A stretch of 64,000 nucleotides of DNA from an uncultured Pelagibacteraceae bacterium (GTDB lineage: Bacteria > Pseudomonadota > Alphaproteobacteria > Pelagibacterales > Pelagibacteraceae). Under the pieces are notes generated by a model. The model worked only from the letters and a program-made list of their open reading frames with translations. It was not told the DNA's origin and ran no database searches. The position numbers were made by a program, and so were the translations under genes. Below are positions 52,982 through 64,000 of this stretch, piece by piece. The stretch lies in contig CACLWL010000005.1 of the NCBI GenBank assembly GCA_902610655.1, positions 10,121 to 74,120 of the forward strand, given 5' to 3'. Position 1 is the first letter of the stretch. Each line of letters starts with the position of its first letter.

Positions 52982-55855
52982 TTATTTAAATACTTTTTCT
53001 AAAATTTCTTTTTGTTGAGCAACATGTCTTTTGGCATAACCGGTAGCCGGTGAAGCAGCAGGTGCTCTTCCAATATAAGAAACCTTTTCATTATTAGCTT
53101 TTATAAAGTCTAATGTCCATTGTATATAATCCCTCACATGAGACCATGCACCCATATTTTTTGGTTCTTCCTGACACCATATAAATTCAGCGTTTTTTGC
53201 ATATGGTTTAATAGATTTTACTAATGATTTAGCTGGGAAAGGGTAGAGTTGCTCAATTCTTAATAAAACAATATCATTTCCCTTTAGTTTCTCTCTGGCT
53301 TCTAATAGATCAAAATATATTTTTCCTGAACATAGTATTACTTTTCTTATTTTTTTCGACCTTTTTAATTCTAGAAAACCATTTTTTTTATTAAATGCAT
53401 GATCTTCTAAAATCCTATGAAAAGAGTTTTTTTTACTAAAATCTTCTAAATTAGAAACGCAAACCTTATGTCTCAATAATGATTTAGGAGTCATTATAAC
53501 AAGAGGCTTTCTAAAATCTCTATGTATTTGTCTCCTTAAAGCATGAAAATAATTTGCAGGCGTTGTACAATTCAAAACTTGGAGGTTTTCTTGACCACAG
53601 AGTTGTAAAAATCTTTCTAACCTAGCAGATGAATGTTCTGGGCCTTGCCCCTCATACCCATGCGGTAAAAGTAAAACTAGCCCAGATGCACGAGACCATT
53701 TTCTTTCTCCTGATGAAATAAACTGATCAATTATCACTTGAGCTCCATTTGCAAAGTCACCAAATTGCGCTTCCCATATTGTCAAAGTTTCAGGTTCAAC
53801 TAAACTATATCCATATTCAAAACCTAGGACTGCTAGTTCAGATAGCAAACTATCTACTATCTCAAAGTTTTTTTGATTTTTCGAAATATTATTTAGTGGA
53901 ATAAATCTGCTATTATCCTCTTGATTTCTTAATACTGAATGTCTTTGACTAAATGTACCTCTACCAGAGTCTTGCCCTACTAATCTTACTGGATAACCTT
54001 CGTCCAAAAGTGTTGCAAAAGCTAAACTTTCAGCATTTGACCAATCAATATTTTTTTTATCTGATATACATTTTTGTCTATTATTTAATATTTTTTGAAT
54101 TGTTTTATGTAGATTAAATTTTTCATCAACCTTATTAATTTTTTCTGAAATTTTAAATATTTTATCCAGTTCAACACCAGTTTGTCCTCGTCTGTCTTTA
54201 CCTTTTTTAGGTTGATATCTCGACCATGTCCCTTCAAACCAATCAAGCTTTGGTTTAATGTCATTTGCAGTTTTAAACTGTTCATCTAATAATGACCTAA
54301 ACATAACAATTTGATTATCAAACTCACCTTTATTTATAGTTCCATCACTAATTAATTTTTCACCATATATTTTTAAAGTAGTAGGGTGCGACCTTATCTT
54401 TTTATACATCGAAGGTTGAGTAAAAGATGGTTCATCTCCCTCGTTGTGGCCAAATCTCCTATAACATATTATATCTATCACTACATCTTTGGAGAATTTC
54501 TGCCTAAACTCTATTGCAATTTTTGCGCAATGGACAACAGACTCTGGATCATCACCATTGCAATGTAAAATAGGAGCGTCTACTATTTTTCCTAAGTCAG
54601 ATGGATAAGGACTAGAACGTGCAAATCTTGGACTTGTAGTAAATCCAATCTGATTATTAACAATAATATGAATTGTTCCACCGGTGTTATGTCCTTTTAG
54701 TCCAGACATAGCAAAACACTCAGCAACAATACCTTGTCCCGCAAATGCTGCATCTCCATGGATCAAAATTGGAATTACCTTTTTTCTTTTTGTATCTTTG
54801 TGAAAAAATTGTTTAGCTCTTGTCTGTCCTAAAACTATTGGATTGACAGCTTCCAAATGTGAAGGGTTATCTGTTAAACTGACATGTACAGAATTTCCAT
54901 CAAACTCTCTATCAGAAGAAGCTCCTAAATGATATTTGACATCTCCAGTAGAGTCTTCCTTTCTAAAATTAGATATTTCTCCAGCAAATTCATTAAATAT
55001 TCTTTTGTATGATTTTTGTAAAACATTAGCTAGAACATTTAATCTTCCTCTGTGAGGCATTCCTATTTTTATTTCCTTAGCACCAAGTTGACCACCTCGT
55101 TTAATTATTTGCTCTAAAGCAGGAATTAATGACTCTGCTCCGTCAAGACCGAATCTTTTAGTTCCAACAAATTTCTTTGCAAGAAATTTTTCGAAACCTT
55201 CAGCTTGTACAATTTTATTTAATATTGCTTTCTTTCCATTTATTGTAAACTTAATTTGATTTTCTTGTTTTTCCATTCTTTCCCTAAACCAAACTTTTTC
55301 TACTGGGTCAGAGATATGCATGTATTCTACTCCAATATTTGAGCAATAAACTTTTCTTAATTTTTTTAAAATTTGATTTACAGATGCAGAGTTAGTGTCT
55401 AAGTAAGATCCTATAAAGATTTTTTTATTATAATCTTCTTTTTTAAAACCATGATCTTCTGGATGAAGTTCGTGAATATATTTTCTCTCCATCATTCCCA
55501 GAGGATCAAGACTTGCTATTAGATGTCCTCTAATTCTATATGCCCTAATAAGAGCAATAGCTTTTATAGATTGTGTTATAGAATTTTGTGATGTATTCAA
55601 ACCTTGATTTAGATCTAATGTTTGACTTGTTAACTTGCTGACATTAATCTTTTTTCTTCTAGCCCAAGATGGTCCCTCCACTTCTTTAATTACAGATTGA
55701 ATATCATCGTTCAGATCACAAAAATAATTTTTCCAGCTTTCTGGTAAATTTGGATCTTTTTCAATATACTTTACGTACATTTCCTCAATAAATGCGCTAT
55801 TTGATTTATTCAAAAAAGAATTTTTTTTAAATTCTATGTTTTTGCTAGAAGTCAT
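52982..55855 (-). CDS. sucA: 2-oxoglutarate dehydrogenase E1
   Basis: GMPHRGRLN, GDVKYHLG, HGDAAFAGQG, EAQFGDF.NGAQ. Confidence 0.98.
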   Translation of the reverse strand: MTSSKNIEFKKNSFLNKSNSAFIEEMYVKYIEKDPNLPESWKNYFCDLNDDIQSVIKEVEGPSWARRKKINVSKLTSQTLDLNQGLNTSQNSITQSIKAIALIRAYRIRGHLIASLDPLGMMERKYIHELHPEDHGFKKEDYNKKIFIGSYLDTNSASVNQILKKLRKVYCSNIGVEYMHISDPVEKVWFRERMEKQENQIKFTINGKKAILNKIVQAEGFEKFLAKKFVGTKRFGLDGAESLIPALEQIIKRGGQLGAKEIKIGMPHRGRLNVLANVLQKSYKRIFNEFAGEISNFRKEDSTGDVKYHLGASSDREFDGNSVHVSLTDNPSHLEAVNPIVLGQTRAKQFFHKDTKRKKVIPILIHGDAAFAGQGIVAECFAMSGLKGHNTGGTIHIIVNNQIGFTTSPRFARSSPYPSDLGKIVDAPILHCNGDDPESVVHCAKIAIEFRQKFSKDVVIDIICYRRFGHNEGDEPSFTQPSMYKKIRSHPTTLKIYGEKLISDGTINKGEFDNQIVMFRSLLDEQFKTANDIKPKLDWFEGTWSRYQPKKGKDRRGQTGVELDKIFKISEKINKVDEKFNLHKTIQKILNNRQKCISDKKNIDWSNAESLAFATLLDEGYPVRLVGQDSGRGTFSQRHSVLRNQEDNSRFIPLNNISKNQKNFEIVDSLLSELAVLGFEYGYSLVEPETLTIWEAQFGDFANGAQVIIDQFISSGERKWSRASGLVLLLPHGYEGQGPEHSSARLERFLQLCGQENLQVLNCTTPANYFHALRRQIHRDFRKPLVIMTPKSLLRHKVCVSNLEDFSKKNSFHRILEDHAFNKKNGFLELKRSKKIRKVILCSGKIYFDLLEAREKLKGNDIVLLRIEQLYPFPAKSLVKSIKPYAKNAEFIWCQEEPKNMGAWSHVRDYIQWTLDFIKANNEKVSYIGRAPAASPATGYAKRHVAQQKEILEKVFK

Positions 55856-55890
55856 TGTAAGTGTCTTATTATAATGTTTAACTTTAAATT

Positions 55891-56766
55891 TTAAAGTGAC
55901 AATTTATTTAGTAGAATTTTTCCAATATTTGCTGGGGACTCTGTCATTGTAATACCTGCTTTTTCCAAAATTTTTATCTTCTCCTCAGCACCACCTTTCC
56001 CACCTGAAATAATTGCACCTGCATGCCCCATTCTCTTACCTTTGGGAGCAGTAAGACCAGCTATAAAACCTACCATTGGTTTTTTTATTTCGTGTTTGGA
56101 GATAAATTCAGCCGCTTCCTCTTCTGCACTTCCACCAATTTCACCGATCATGATTATAGACTTCGTATTTTCGTCTTTTAAAAATAAGTCTAAACAATCT
56201 ATGAAGTTTGTTCCATTTATTGGGTCGCCTCCAATTCCTATACATGTCGATTGTCCTAAACCATTAGCAGTTGTTTGAGCAACTGCCTCATAAGTAAGCG
56301 TTCCAGATCTCGATACTATTCCAACTGATCCTTTTTTATGAATATTTCCAGGCATGATGCCAATTTTACATTCTTCAGGAGTAATAATACCAGGGCAGTT
56401 TGGTCCAATTAATCTTGAATGAGACTTTGATAAATATTTTTTTACTCTCAACATGTCAATAATCGGAATTCCCTCAGTAACACAAACTATAATTTCAATA
56501 GAGGCTTCAATTGCTTCTATTATCGCACTTGCTGCAAATTTTGCTGGTACATAAATCATAGAAGCATTTGCACCTGTTTTTTCTCTAGCTTCTCTAACTG
56601 TATCAAAAACTGGCTTACCAAGATGTGTTTGTCCACCTTTTCTTGGAGTAACACCCCCTACTAAGTTAGTTCCATATAAAATAGATTGTTCAGAATGAAA
56701 TGTTCCATGGGATCCAGTAAAACCCTGGCATATAAGTTTTGTATTTTTATTCACTAAAATAGACAT
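55891..56766 (-). CDS. sucD: Succinate--CoA ligase alpha subunit
   Basis: [28 protein letters not shown]. Confidence 0.98.
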   Translation of the reverse strand: MSILVNKNTKLICQGFTGSHGTFHSEQSILYGTNLVGGVTPRKGGQTHLGKPVFDTVREAREKTGANASMIYVPAKFAASAIIEAIEASIEIIVCVTEGIPIIDMLRVKKYLSKSHSRLIGPNCPGIITPEECKIGIMPGNIHKKGSVGIVSRSGTLTYEAVAQTTANGLGQSTCIGIGGDPINGTNFIDCLDLFLKDENTKSIIMIGEIGGSAEEEAAEFISKHEIKKPMVGFIAGLTAPKGKRMGHAGAIISGGKGGAEEKIKILEKAGITMTESPANIGKILLNKLSL

Positions 56767-56767
56767 T

Positions 56768-57928
56768 TTATTTAGTAACCTCTACTATCTTTTTCGCTGC
56801 TTCAGATAAATCAGATGCTGAAATAATTTTTAATTTAGATTCTTCTAAAATTTTTTTCCCTTTTTCATAATTTGTACCAGCTAATCTGACAACAATTGGT
56901 ATATCTATTTCCATTTCTTTTGCCGCTTCAACAACACCCAACGCTAATACATCGCACCTCATAATCCCTCCAAAAATATTTATTAAAATACCTTTTACAT
57001 TTTTGTCCCTTAGAATCATTTTAAATGCGGCTGATACTTTATCTTTTGATGCCCCACCACCAACATCTAAAAAGTTTGCAGGACTGCCTCCAAATAATTT
57101 AATTATATCCATCGTTGCCATTGCTAAACCTGCTCCATTCACCATACATCCAATATTTCCATCTAGTTTGATATAGGATAATTCTTTTTTTTTTGCTTCA
57201 ATCTCAATTGGATCTTCCTCATTTAAATCACGAAGTTCGCTAATGTCTGGATGTCTAAAAATAGCATTATCATCGAAATTAATTTTTGCATCTAAACAAA
57301 GAATATTATTTTCTTTCGTTAAAACTAATGGATTTATCTCAATCAAACTTGCGTCTTTTTCTATAAAAATCTTATAAATAGATTTTATTAGATCAATAGC
57401 CTGATCTTTTGCATCATACTCTAATTCAAATACTTCTATAATTCTCTCGCAATCTGTATCTGATATTTCTTTTTCAACATCGACTCTTGTTGTGATAATT
57501 TTTTCAGGTTTCTTTATTGCTATTTCTTCTATATCCATTCCACCTTCTAAACATGAAATGAATGCAATCTTAGATTTAGCTCTATCTACTAAGCAAGATA
57601 AATAAAATTCCTTGTCTATGTTTGATGACTCTTCAACATATAGTTTTTTTACTTTTTTACCTTTTGGTCCTGTCTGATTGGTAACTAAAGTTTTACCCAA
57701 AATTTGATCTGCTGCTTGCTTTAATTCCTCTAAAGTATTAGTAATTTTAATTCCTCCAGCTTTTCCTCTACCACCAGAGTGTATTTGAGCCTTAAGAATG
57801 TATTTTTCTGTATTTAATAATTTAGTTTTATTTAGTATTTCTTCACTAGTAGAGCCATGTACTCCATTTGGAACCGGAGCACCAAATTTTTTTAATAATT
57901 TTTTTGCCTGATATTCATGAATGTTCAT
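56768..57928 (-). CDS. sucC: Succinate--CoA ligase beta subunit
   Basis: [37 protein letters not shown]. Confidence 0.98.
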   Translation of the reverse strand: MNIHEYQAKKLLKKFGAPVPNGVHGSTSEEILNKTKLLNTEKYILKAQIHSGGRGKAGGIKITNTLEELKQAADQILGKTLVTNQTGPKGKKVKKLYVEESSNIDKEFYLSCLVDRAKSKIAFISCLEGGMDIEEIAIKKPEKIITTRVDVEKEISDTDCERIIEVFELEYDAKDQAIDLIKSIYKIFIEKDASLIEINPLVLTKENNILCLDAKINFDDNAIFRHPDISELRDLNEEDPIEIEAKKKELSYIKLDGNIGCMVNGAGLAMATMDIIKLFGGSPANFLDVGGGASKDKVSAAFKMILRDKNVKGILINIFGGIMRCDVLALGVVEAAKEMEIDIPIVVRLAGTNYEKGKKILEESKLKIISASDLSEAAKKIVEVTK

Positions 57929-58893
57929 TAATTGCTTAATTCAGGGTCAATTTTTACAGCCGCTTCCCAAAGTTTTTCAACAGAGTTTACCGAATTTAAA
58001 AATTCTTTTTTTTCTTTTTCATCTAGCTCAATTTCATCGATTTTTTCTACACCTTTATTTCCAATTAAAACCGGAACCCCAGCATAAATATTTTTCACAC
58101 CATATTCTCCATTTAAATAAGCTGCGCAAGGCAAAATTTTTTTTTCATCATTAAGAAAAGATATAGCCATTTCAACTCCCGACGCGGCAGGTGCATAATA
58201 AGCAGATCCCTTTTCTAAAAGCTTAACTATTTCTGCGCCTCCATCTCTTGTCCTTTGATTAATACTTTCTACTTTATCTTCGGAAATCTTTCCTTCTTTA
58301 ATTAAATCTTTTAAATTTTTACCATTTACTTTTGTAAATCTAGGAAGAGGAACCATAGTATCCCCATGACCTCCCATAACCATTGCATCTATTTGTTTAA
58401 CTGGAATTCCTAACTCTAAAGATAAAAAAAGCTTAAACCTGGAGCTATCAAGAATGCCTGCCATTCCAACCACTTTATTTGTTGGTAATTTTGAATATTT
58501 TTGAAATGCCATTACCATTACATCCAGGGGATTAGTGATACAAATTACAAATGCATCAGGACAATTAGCTTTAACACCAGAAGCAACTTGCTTCATAATT
58601 TTTAAATTTATACCCAATAAGTCATCTCTACTCATTCCAGGTTTTCTAGGAACACCGGCTGTGATTATTATTACATCAGATTCTTTTATATCCTCATACT
58701 TATCTGTCCCTTTAAATTTTACGTCAAAACCGTCAACTGAAGATGACTGTGCAATATCTAATGCTTTTCCTTTTGCGATGCCAGGAGCAACATCAAATAA
58801 CACTACTTCGGAGGCAATTTCTTTAAGACAAATTAAATGTGCCAATGTTCCGCCTATTTGACCAGCTCCAATTAATGATATTTTTTTTTTCAT
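57928..58893 (-). CDS. mdh: Malate dehydrogenase (LDH-like)
   Basis: [33 protein letters not shown]. Confidence 0.97.
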   Translation of the reverse strand: MKKKISLIGAGQIGGTLAHLICLKEIASEVVLFDVAPGIAKGKALDIAQSSSVDGFDVKFKGTDKYEDIKESDVIIITAGVPRKPGMSRDDLLGINLKIMKQVASGVKANCPDAFVICITNPLDVMVMAFQKYSKLPTNKVVGMAGILDSSRFKLFLSLELGIPVKQIDAMVMGGHGDTMVPLPRFTKVNGKNLKDLIKEGKISEDKVESINQRTRDGGAEIVKLLEKGSAYYAPAASGVEMAISFLNDEKKILPCAAYLNGEYGVKNIYAGVPVLIGNKGVEKIDEIELDEKEKKEFLNSVNSVEKLWEAAVKIDPELSN

Positions 58894-58894
58894 A

Positions 58895-60388
58895 TTATTT
58901 CGTTGTTGGCATTACAAACTCAGGGTTTGATCTTATACCAGATGGCCACCTTGAAGTGACTGTTTTAAGTTTAGTATAAAACCTTACTCCCTCAGGTCCA
59001 TGCATATGTTGGTCTCCAAAAAGAGATCTTTTCCATCCGCCAAAGCTATGAAAAGCCATAGGTACAGGTATTGGAATATTTATACCAACCATTCCAACTT
59101 TAATTTTACTTGAAAAAGTTCTTGCGGCATCTCCATCTCTTGTAAAGATACTTACTCCATTTCCAAACTCATGATCATTTACTAGCTGTGTTGCTTCAAA
59201 AAAGTCCTTTGCTCTTACAACTGACAAAACTGGTCCAAATATTTCCTCATTATAGATCCTCATATTTTTTTTTACATCGTCAAATAAACATCCACCTATA
59301 AAAAAACCTTTTTCATATCCCTGTAATTTTAAATCTCTTCCGTCAACAACTAATTTAGCTCCTTCTCTCACACCAAGATCTACATAACTTCTAACTTTAT
59401 CTAAATGTTCTTTAGTAACTAAAGGTCCCATCTCCGAATTTTTGTCCATTCCAGGGCCAACTTTGAGAGCTTCAACTTTCTTTGATAACTTTTCAACAAG
59501 TTTATCTCCTATACCACCAACAGCTACTGCAACCGATTGGGCCATACATCTTTCACCAGCAGACCCATAAGCTGCTCCCATTAATCCATTTACAGCTTGA
59601 TCCAAATCACAATCAGGCATAACAACACAATGATTTTTTGCTCCTCCTAAAGCTTGAACCCTTTTTTCATTTTTAGCTGAATTTTCGTAAATATATTTTG
59701 CAATTGGAGTAGAGCCGACAAAACTTACTGCTTGAATATCTTTATTAAGTAAAATTGCGTCTACAACCTTTTTATCTCCATTGACAACATTAAATACCCC
59801 ATCTGGCAAACCAGCTTCTTTAAAAAGTTCTGCAAGTTTTATCGAACATGAAGGGTCTTTTTCAGATGGTTTTAATATAAATGTATTTCCACAAGCAATT
59901 GCCATTGGAAACATCCACATTGGAACCATTGCTGGAAAATTAAAAGGAGTTATTCCGGCGCAAACTCCTAATGGTTGTCTAATAGACCAGCTATCAACAT
60001 CTGAACCTACATTCTCGGTAAACTCTCCTTTAAGCATTTGAGGTATTCCACATGCAAATTCAACAACTTCTAAACCTCTTGTTAAAGAACCTTTTGCATC
60101 CTCATAAACTTTTCCATGTTCTGAAACTATCATTTTTGCAATTTCATCTGAGTTTTTTTCAATTAATTCTTTAAATTTAAACATTACCCTAGCTCTTAGT
60201 AATGGAGGTTTTAAAGACCAGTCCTCAAAAGCTTTTTTTGCAACTATTACTGTATTATCTAGATCTTTTTGAGTACCAAGAATCACCTCAGAAGATTGAT
60301 CACCAGTCGAAGGATCAAAAACTTTTCCTTTTCTTTTTGACTCGCCGGAAATAGATTTTCCATCCACAAAGTGCTGAATTAAATTCAT
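58895..60388 (-). CDS. mmsA: CoA-acylating (methyl)malonate-semialdehyde dehydrogenase
   Basis: [41 protein letters not shown]. Confidence 0.95.
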   Translation of the reverse strand: MNLIQHFVDGKSISGESKRKGKVFDPSTGDQSSEVILGTQKDLDNTVIVAKKAFEDWSLKPPLLRARVMFKFKELIEKNSDEIAKMIVSEHGKVYEDAKGSLTRGLEVVEFACGIPQMLKGEFTENVGSDVDSWSIRQPLGVCAGITPFNFPAMVPMWMFPMAIACGNTFILKPSEKDPSCSIKLAELFKEAGLPDGVFNVVNGDKKVVDAILLNKDIQAVSFVGSTPIAKYIYENSAKNEKRVQALGGAKNHCVVMPDCDLDQAVNGLMGAAYGSAGERCMAQSVAVAVGGIGDKLVEKLSKKVEALKVGPGMDKNSEMGPLVTKEHLDKVRSYVDLGVREGAKLVVDGRDLKLQGYEKGFFIGGCLFDDVKKNMRIYNEEIFGPVLSVVRAKDFFEATQLVNDHEFGNGVSIFTRDGDAARTFSSKIKVGMVGINIPIPVPMAFHSFGGWKRSLFGDQHMHGPEGVRFYTKLKTVTSRWPSGIRSNPEFVMPTTK

Positions 60389-60411
60389 TGAAAAATTGTT
60401 TAAATAACTAA

Positions 60412-61185
60412 TTAACTTGTTGCAAGCATTTTCTTAATCGATGCAATCGCTTTTGCTGGATTTAATCCTTTAGGACATGCATTTGTACAATTCATAATGG
60501 TATGACATCTATACAATTTGAGCTCATCAGCAACTTTTTTTAATCTCGCTTTTCTGTCCTCATCCCTGCTATCAATTATCCATCTGTAAGCCTGCAACAA
60601 AACTGCTGGTCCTAAATATTTTTCCCCATTCCACCAATAACTTGGGCATGAAGTTGAACAACAGGCACACATTATACATTCATATAAACCATCTAATTTG
60701 GCTCTATCTTCCTTGGACTGCAAGTTTTCTTTTTCAGAAATATTTTTTGAGTTTTTAAGCCAAGGTTCAACAGACTCATACTGTTTATATAAAGTACTTA
60801 AATCCCCTATAAGATCTTTTAAAACTTTTAAATGTGGTAATGGATAAATATTTATATCACCTTTAATTTCTGAATGCGATTTAGTACATGCAAGTCCGTT
60901 TTTTCCATCCATATTCATAGCACAAGATCCACAAACTCCATGAGCACAAGATCTTCTGTAAGCAATTGAGGGATCAATTTCATTTTTAATCTTATTTAAA
61001 ATATCCAAAACTTTAGATGGACAATTGTCCATATCTACTTCATAACTATCTATTCTCGGATTCTCTTCTGTAGAGGGATCCCATCTATACACATTAACTT
61101 TTCTTAAATTTTTTGAACCAGTTTTATCCTTATAATAATTACCTTTTTTAACTTTTGATTTTTCAGGTAATCTTATTTGAACCAT
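60412..61185 (-). CDS. sdhB: Succinate dehydrogenase iron-sulfur subunit
   Basis: [36 protein letters not shown]. Confidence 0.98.
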   Translation of the reverse strand: MVQIRLPEKSKVKKGNYYKDKTGSKNLRKVNVYRWDPSTEENPRIDSYEVDMDNCPSKVLDILNKIKNEIDPSIAYRRSCAHGVCGSCAMNMDGKNGLACTKSHSEIKGDINIYPLPHLKVLKDLIGDLSTLYKQYESVEPWLKNSKNISEKENLQSKEDRAKLDGLYECIMCACCSTSCPSYWWNGEKYLGPAVLLQAYRWIIDSRDEDRKARLKKVADELKLYRCHTIMNCTNACPKGLNPAKAIASIKKMLATS

Positions 61186-62960
61186 TAATATACTCTTTCT
61201 TGAGGTGGAAAATATTGTACTTCATTTGTAAGTGTTGAAATATTCACAGGCCTATAGTTTATCTTGGTTTTAGAGCCATCGCACCATGATAAAGTATGTT
61301 TCATAAAAGATTTATCATCTCTTTTTGGAAAATCTTCCCTAGCATGTGCACCTCTACTCTCTTTTCTATTATAAGCAGAGTCCATTGTTGTAATTGCTTG
61401 TCTAATCAAATTATCAAATTCCAGTGTTTCGACTAAGTCGGTGTTAAAAATCAATGAATTATCTTTTACTGAAATATCATCCATTCCATAAAAAGACTTC
61501 CTTATTTCCTCTACACCCTCTTTTAAAGTTTTTTCTGTTCTAAAAACCGCACATTTTGATTGCATAGTTTTTTGCATAGCTAGTCTAAGATCAGCAGTTG
61601 GACTTGAACCTTTTGAGTTTCTTAATTTATCAAATCTATCTAAGCATTTATCTGTTTCACTTTGTGAAATCTCCTCATGCTTCATGCCGGGTTTAATTAA
61701 TTCAGATGCTCTTTTTGCTGCGGCTCTTCCAAATACAACTAGATCTATTAAGGAATTTGATCCTAATCTGTTTGCTCCATGTACAGAGACGCAAGCCGCC
61801 TCTCCTATGGCCATAAGTCCGGGTACTGTTTTCGTGGACCCATTCATTGTAATTACCTCTGCTTTATAATTAGTTGGAATCCCACCCATATTATAATGAA
61901 CAGTTGGGACAACTGGAATTGGCTCCTTAGTGACATCAACATTTGCAAATAATTTTGAAGCCTCAGAAATTCCTGGTAACCTATCCTCAATTACTTTTTT
62001 ATCTAAATGATTTAAGTGTAAATGAACATGGTCTTTATCCTTTCCTATTCCTCGACCTTCATTAATTTCAACTGCAATTGATCTACTTACAACATCTCTT
62101 GACGCAAGATCTTTTGCTTTTGGGGCATATTTTTCCATAAACCTATCGCCTTTAGAGTTTACTAAATATCCTCCTTCTCCTCTTACACCTTCAGAAATTA
62201 GAGTTCCATGTCCATATATTCCTGTAGGATGAAACTGTACAAATTCCATATCTTGAAGCGGCAAACCTGCTCTCAAAACCATTGCGTTACCATCTCCAGT
62301 ACATGTGTGGGCAGATGTAGCTGAATAGTAAACTTTTCCATAACCTCCTGTTGCAATTATTGTAATGTGGGATCTAAATCTATGAATTGTCCCATCATTT
62401 AAATTCCAAGCAATTAAACCTTTACACTCTCCATTCTTCATTAATAAATCTAGTGCAAAATATTCTATAAAAAATTCAGTGTTATGTTTAAGAGCCTGCC
62501 CATAAAGAGTATGTAAAATTGCATGTCCAGTTCTATCTGCTGCAGCACAAGTTCTTTGAACTGTCTCATTTCCATAATTTTTCGTCATTCCACCAAATGG
62601 TCTCTGATAAATTTTTCCATCTTCTGTTCTGCTAAATGGAACGCCATACTTTTCTAACTCTAAAACTGCTCTTGGTGCTTCCTTGCAAAGATATTCAATA
62701 CAATCTTGATCTCCCAACCAATCTGCTCCTTTTACAGTATCATACATGTGCCATCTCCAATCATCTTCACCCATATTTCCAAGAGCTGCTGAGATACCTC
62801 CTTGCGCAGCAGATGTATGACTTCTAGTTGGGAACACTTTAGATATGCAAGCAGTCTTTAATCCAGCTTCACTTAACCCTACTGCAGCTCTAAGTCCAGA
62901 TCCTCCAGCGCCTAAAACAACAACGTCATATTCGTGATCTATAATTTTATAACTGCTCAT
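61185..62960 (-). CDS. sdhA: Succinate dehydrogenase flavoprotein subunit
   Basis: GAGG.G, RSHT.AAQGG (FAD His), QFHPTG, HGANRLG. Confidence 0.98.
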   Translation of the reverse strand: MSSYKIIDHEYDVVVLGAGGSGLRAAVGLSEAGLKTACISKVFPTRSHTSAAQGGISAALGNMGEDDWRWHMYDTVKGADWLGDQDCIEYLCKEAPRAVLELEKYGVPFSRTEDGKIYQRPFGGMTKNYGNETVQRTCAAADRTGHAILHTLYGQALKHNTEFFIEYFALDLLMKNGECKGLIAWNLNDGTIHRFRSHITIIATGGYGKVYYSATSAHTCTGDGNAMVLRAGLPLQDMEFVQFHPTGIYGHGTLISEGVRGEGGYLVNSKGDRFMEKYAPKAKDLASRDVVSRSIAVEINEGRGIGKDKDHVHLHLNHLDKKVIEDRLPGISEASKLFANVDVTKEPIPVVPTVHYNMGGIPTNYKAEVITMNGSTKTVPGLMAIGEAACVSVHGANRLGSNSLIDLVVFGRAAAKRASELIKPGMKHEEISQSETDKCLDRFDKLRNSKGSSPTADLRLAMQKTMQSKCAVFRTEKTLKEGVEEIRKSFYGMDDISVKDNSLIFNTDLVETLEFDNLIRQAITTMDSAYNRKESRGAHAREDFPKRDDKSFMKHTLSWCDGSKTKINYRPVNISTLTNEVQYFPPQERVY

Positions 62961-63286
62961 AAGCTTAATTTGTATAATATAAATATTGTAAAAATTGGCA
63001 TTATAATAGCAAATAAATACAGGGTTTTGTTTGCGACATTTTTTATTTTTTGATCAACTATATAATCCTCAAATACCTCACTTATACTCAATGATGAGTA
63101 AAAATAGAGAAATATGACAAATAAAGAGAACAGAAATTTGTTGGGTTGGTCGGTGAAAAAGGTGCTCACTTCTTCAAAGTCTAAATTATATATAGATACA
63201 AGTTTAAATAAGAACCAGAGCATTAATGGCAGCATAACCACAACACTTAATTTTAAAAAAATCCACTTTTTTGTAGCACTAATCAT
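62957..63286 (-). CDS. sdhD: Succinate dehydrogenase hydrophobic membrane anchor
   Basis: Three TM segments with EDY quinone-site motif; lies between sdhC and sdhA; start set to ATG 63286 just after the sdhC stop. Confidence 0.85.
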   Translation of the reverse strand: MISATKKWIFLKLSVVVMLPLMLWFLFKLVSIYNLDFEEVSTFFTDQPNKFLFSLFVIFLYFYSSLSISEVFEDYIVDQKIKNVANKTLYLFAIIMPIFTIFILYKLSL

Positions 63287-63287
63287 A

Positions 63288-63668
63288 TTAAAAAATATTT
63301 CCCACAAGGTAAATTAATACTGTTAGTATAAAAGAACCAAATATAACAATTAGTCCAGTTATATTTGCAATTTTAAGGTCAAATCCTATACCGTAATCCC
63401 AAAATAAGTGTCGTATTTCACTCAATATCTGAAACGAGAAAGACCAAACTATGCCTAATATTAAAAACTTTCCAAATAAAGAATTTAGAAAAATAAATAT
63501 TATTTGATAATTTTCATTACCCAAAAGTAGATAAGCGACCCAAAAACATATTAATGTTACGGCTGCTAAATTAATAATACCAGCTATTCGATGAGAAATT
63601 GAAACTAAAGAAGATATATGCCAATTATAAATTTGAATATGAGGTGATAAAGGATTTTCATTTTTCAT
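63288..63668 (-). CDS. sdhC: Succinate dehydrogenase cytochrome b556-type subunit
   Basis: PLSPH.QIY, SISHR, IRHLFWD.G. Confidence 0.93.
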   Translation of the reverse strand: MKNENPLSPHIQIYNWHISSLVSISHRIAGIINLAAVTLICFWVAYLLLGNENYQIIFIFLNSLFGKFLILGIVWSFSFQILSEIRHLFWDYGIGFDLKIANITGLIVIFGSFILTVLIYLVGNIF

Positions 63669-64000
63669 TTATTCATCCTAAGATATGTTTCAGCAATTTC
63701 CACAGCATTAAGAGCCGCACCTCTTAATAAATTATCTGAAACGATCCATAAATTTAAAGAATTTGTTTTTGACTTGTCTTCTCTAATTCTAGATATAAAT
63801 GTTTCATTTTTACCTTCAGCATCGATTGGGGTAATATATCCAGCATCATTTCTTTTATCAAAAACTTTACAACCATCTGAACTGTTTAATACTTCGTGTA
63901 TTTTTTCTAAAGTGAAAGGTTTTTCAAACTCTATATTAACTGACTCTGCATGAGAAACTCTTACGGGAATTCTCACACAAGTAGCTGTTAATTTAATTTT
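63665..64000 (-). CDS. asd: Aspartate-semialdehyde dehydrogenase, 3' part; runs off window end
   Basis: TATCVRIPV..SH.E, RIR.D, W.VSDNL..GAALNAV.IAE. Confidence 0.93.
   Translation of the reverse strand, partial: KIKLTATCVRIPVRVSHAESVNIEFEKPFTLEKIHEVLNSSDGCKVFDKRNDAGYITPIDAEGKNETFISRIREDKSKTNSLNLWIVSDNLLRGAALNAVEIAETYLRMNK

Noticed and set aside
52476-53018. 180-aa plus-strand ORF opposite sucB, and similar antisense ORFs across atp, lpdA, suc and sdh
   Set aside because: Antisense to Glu-rich or highly expressed coding sequence, which lacks stops on the other strand; Ser-rich with no motifs.

Overview
Very AT-rich, densely packed alphaproteobacterial chromosome segment. Gene content, gene order and tiny or overlapping intergenic spacers point to SAR11/Pelagibacterales (inference). 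It is almost all core genome: alkA(partial)-DMT, msrA-sseA-RND pump, vanZ-nuclease-SLT, gpmA, polA-chvI-chvG-ahcY-tsaE/amgK-murU, bioY, regA, a four-gene polyamine operon, lysS(class I)-pyrD-rpmB-yhhQ, trkH-ampG-NlpC/P60-TPR sulfotransferase, hisC-tyrA, a SAM-II riboswitch with metXW-gloB, rplU-rpmA-obgE-proBA-nadD-rsfS-ctpA-rppH, atpHAGDC, priA, and asd(partial)-sdhCDAB-mmsA-mdh-sucCDAB-lpdA. I saw no tRNA, rRNA, CRISPR array or mobile element. The strongest leads are: (1) an ODC-fold decarboxylase / deoxyhypusine-synthase-like / AguB / AguA operon that may make homospermidine without urea, with a structured leader; (2) SdhC and SdhD that both lack the heme b His ligand, suggesting a heme-free complex II; (3) a SAM-II riboswitch whose 3' strand runs into a U-tract instead of a Shine-Dalgarno; (4) an RND adaptor protein missing its entire alpha-helical hairpin. 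All family assignments come from motif recognition by eye, with no database searches.
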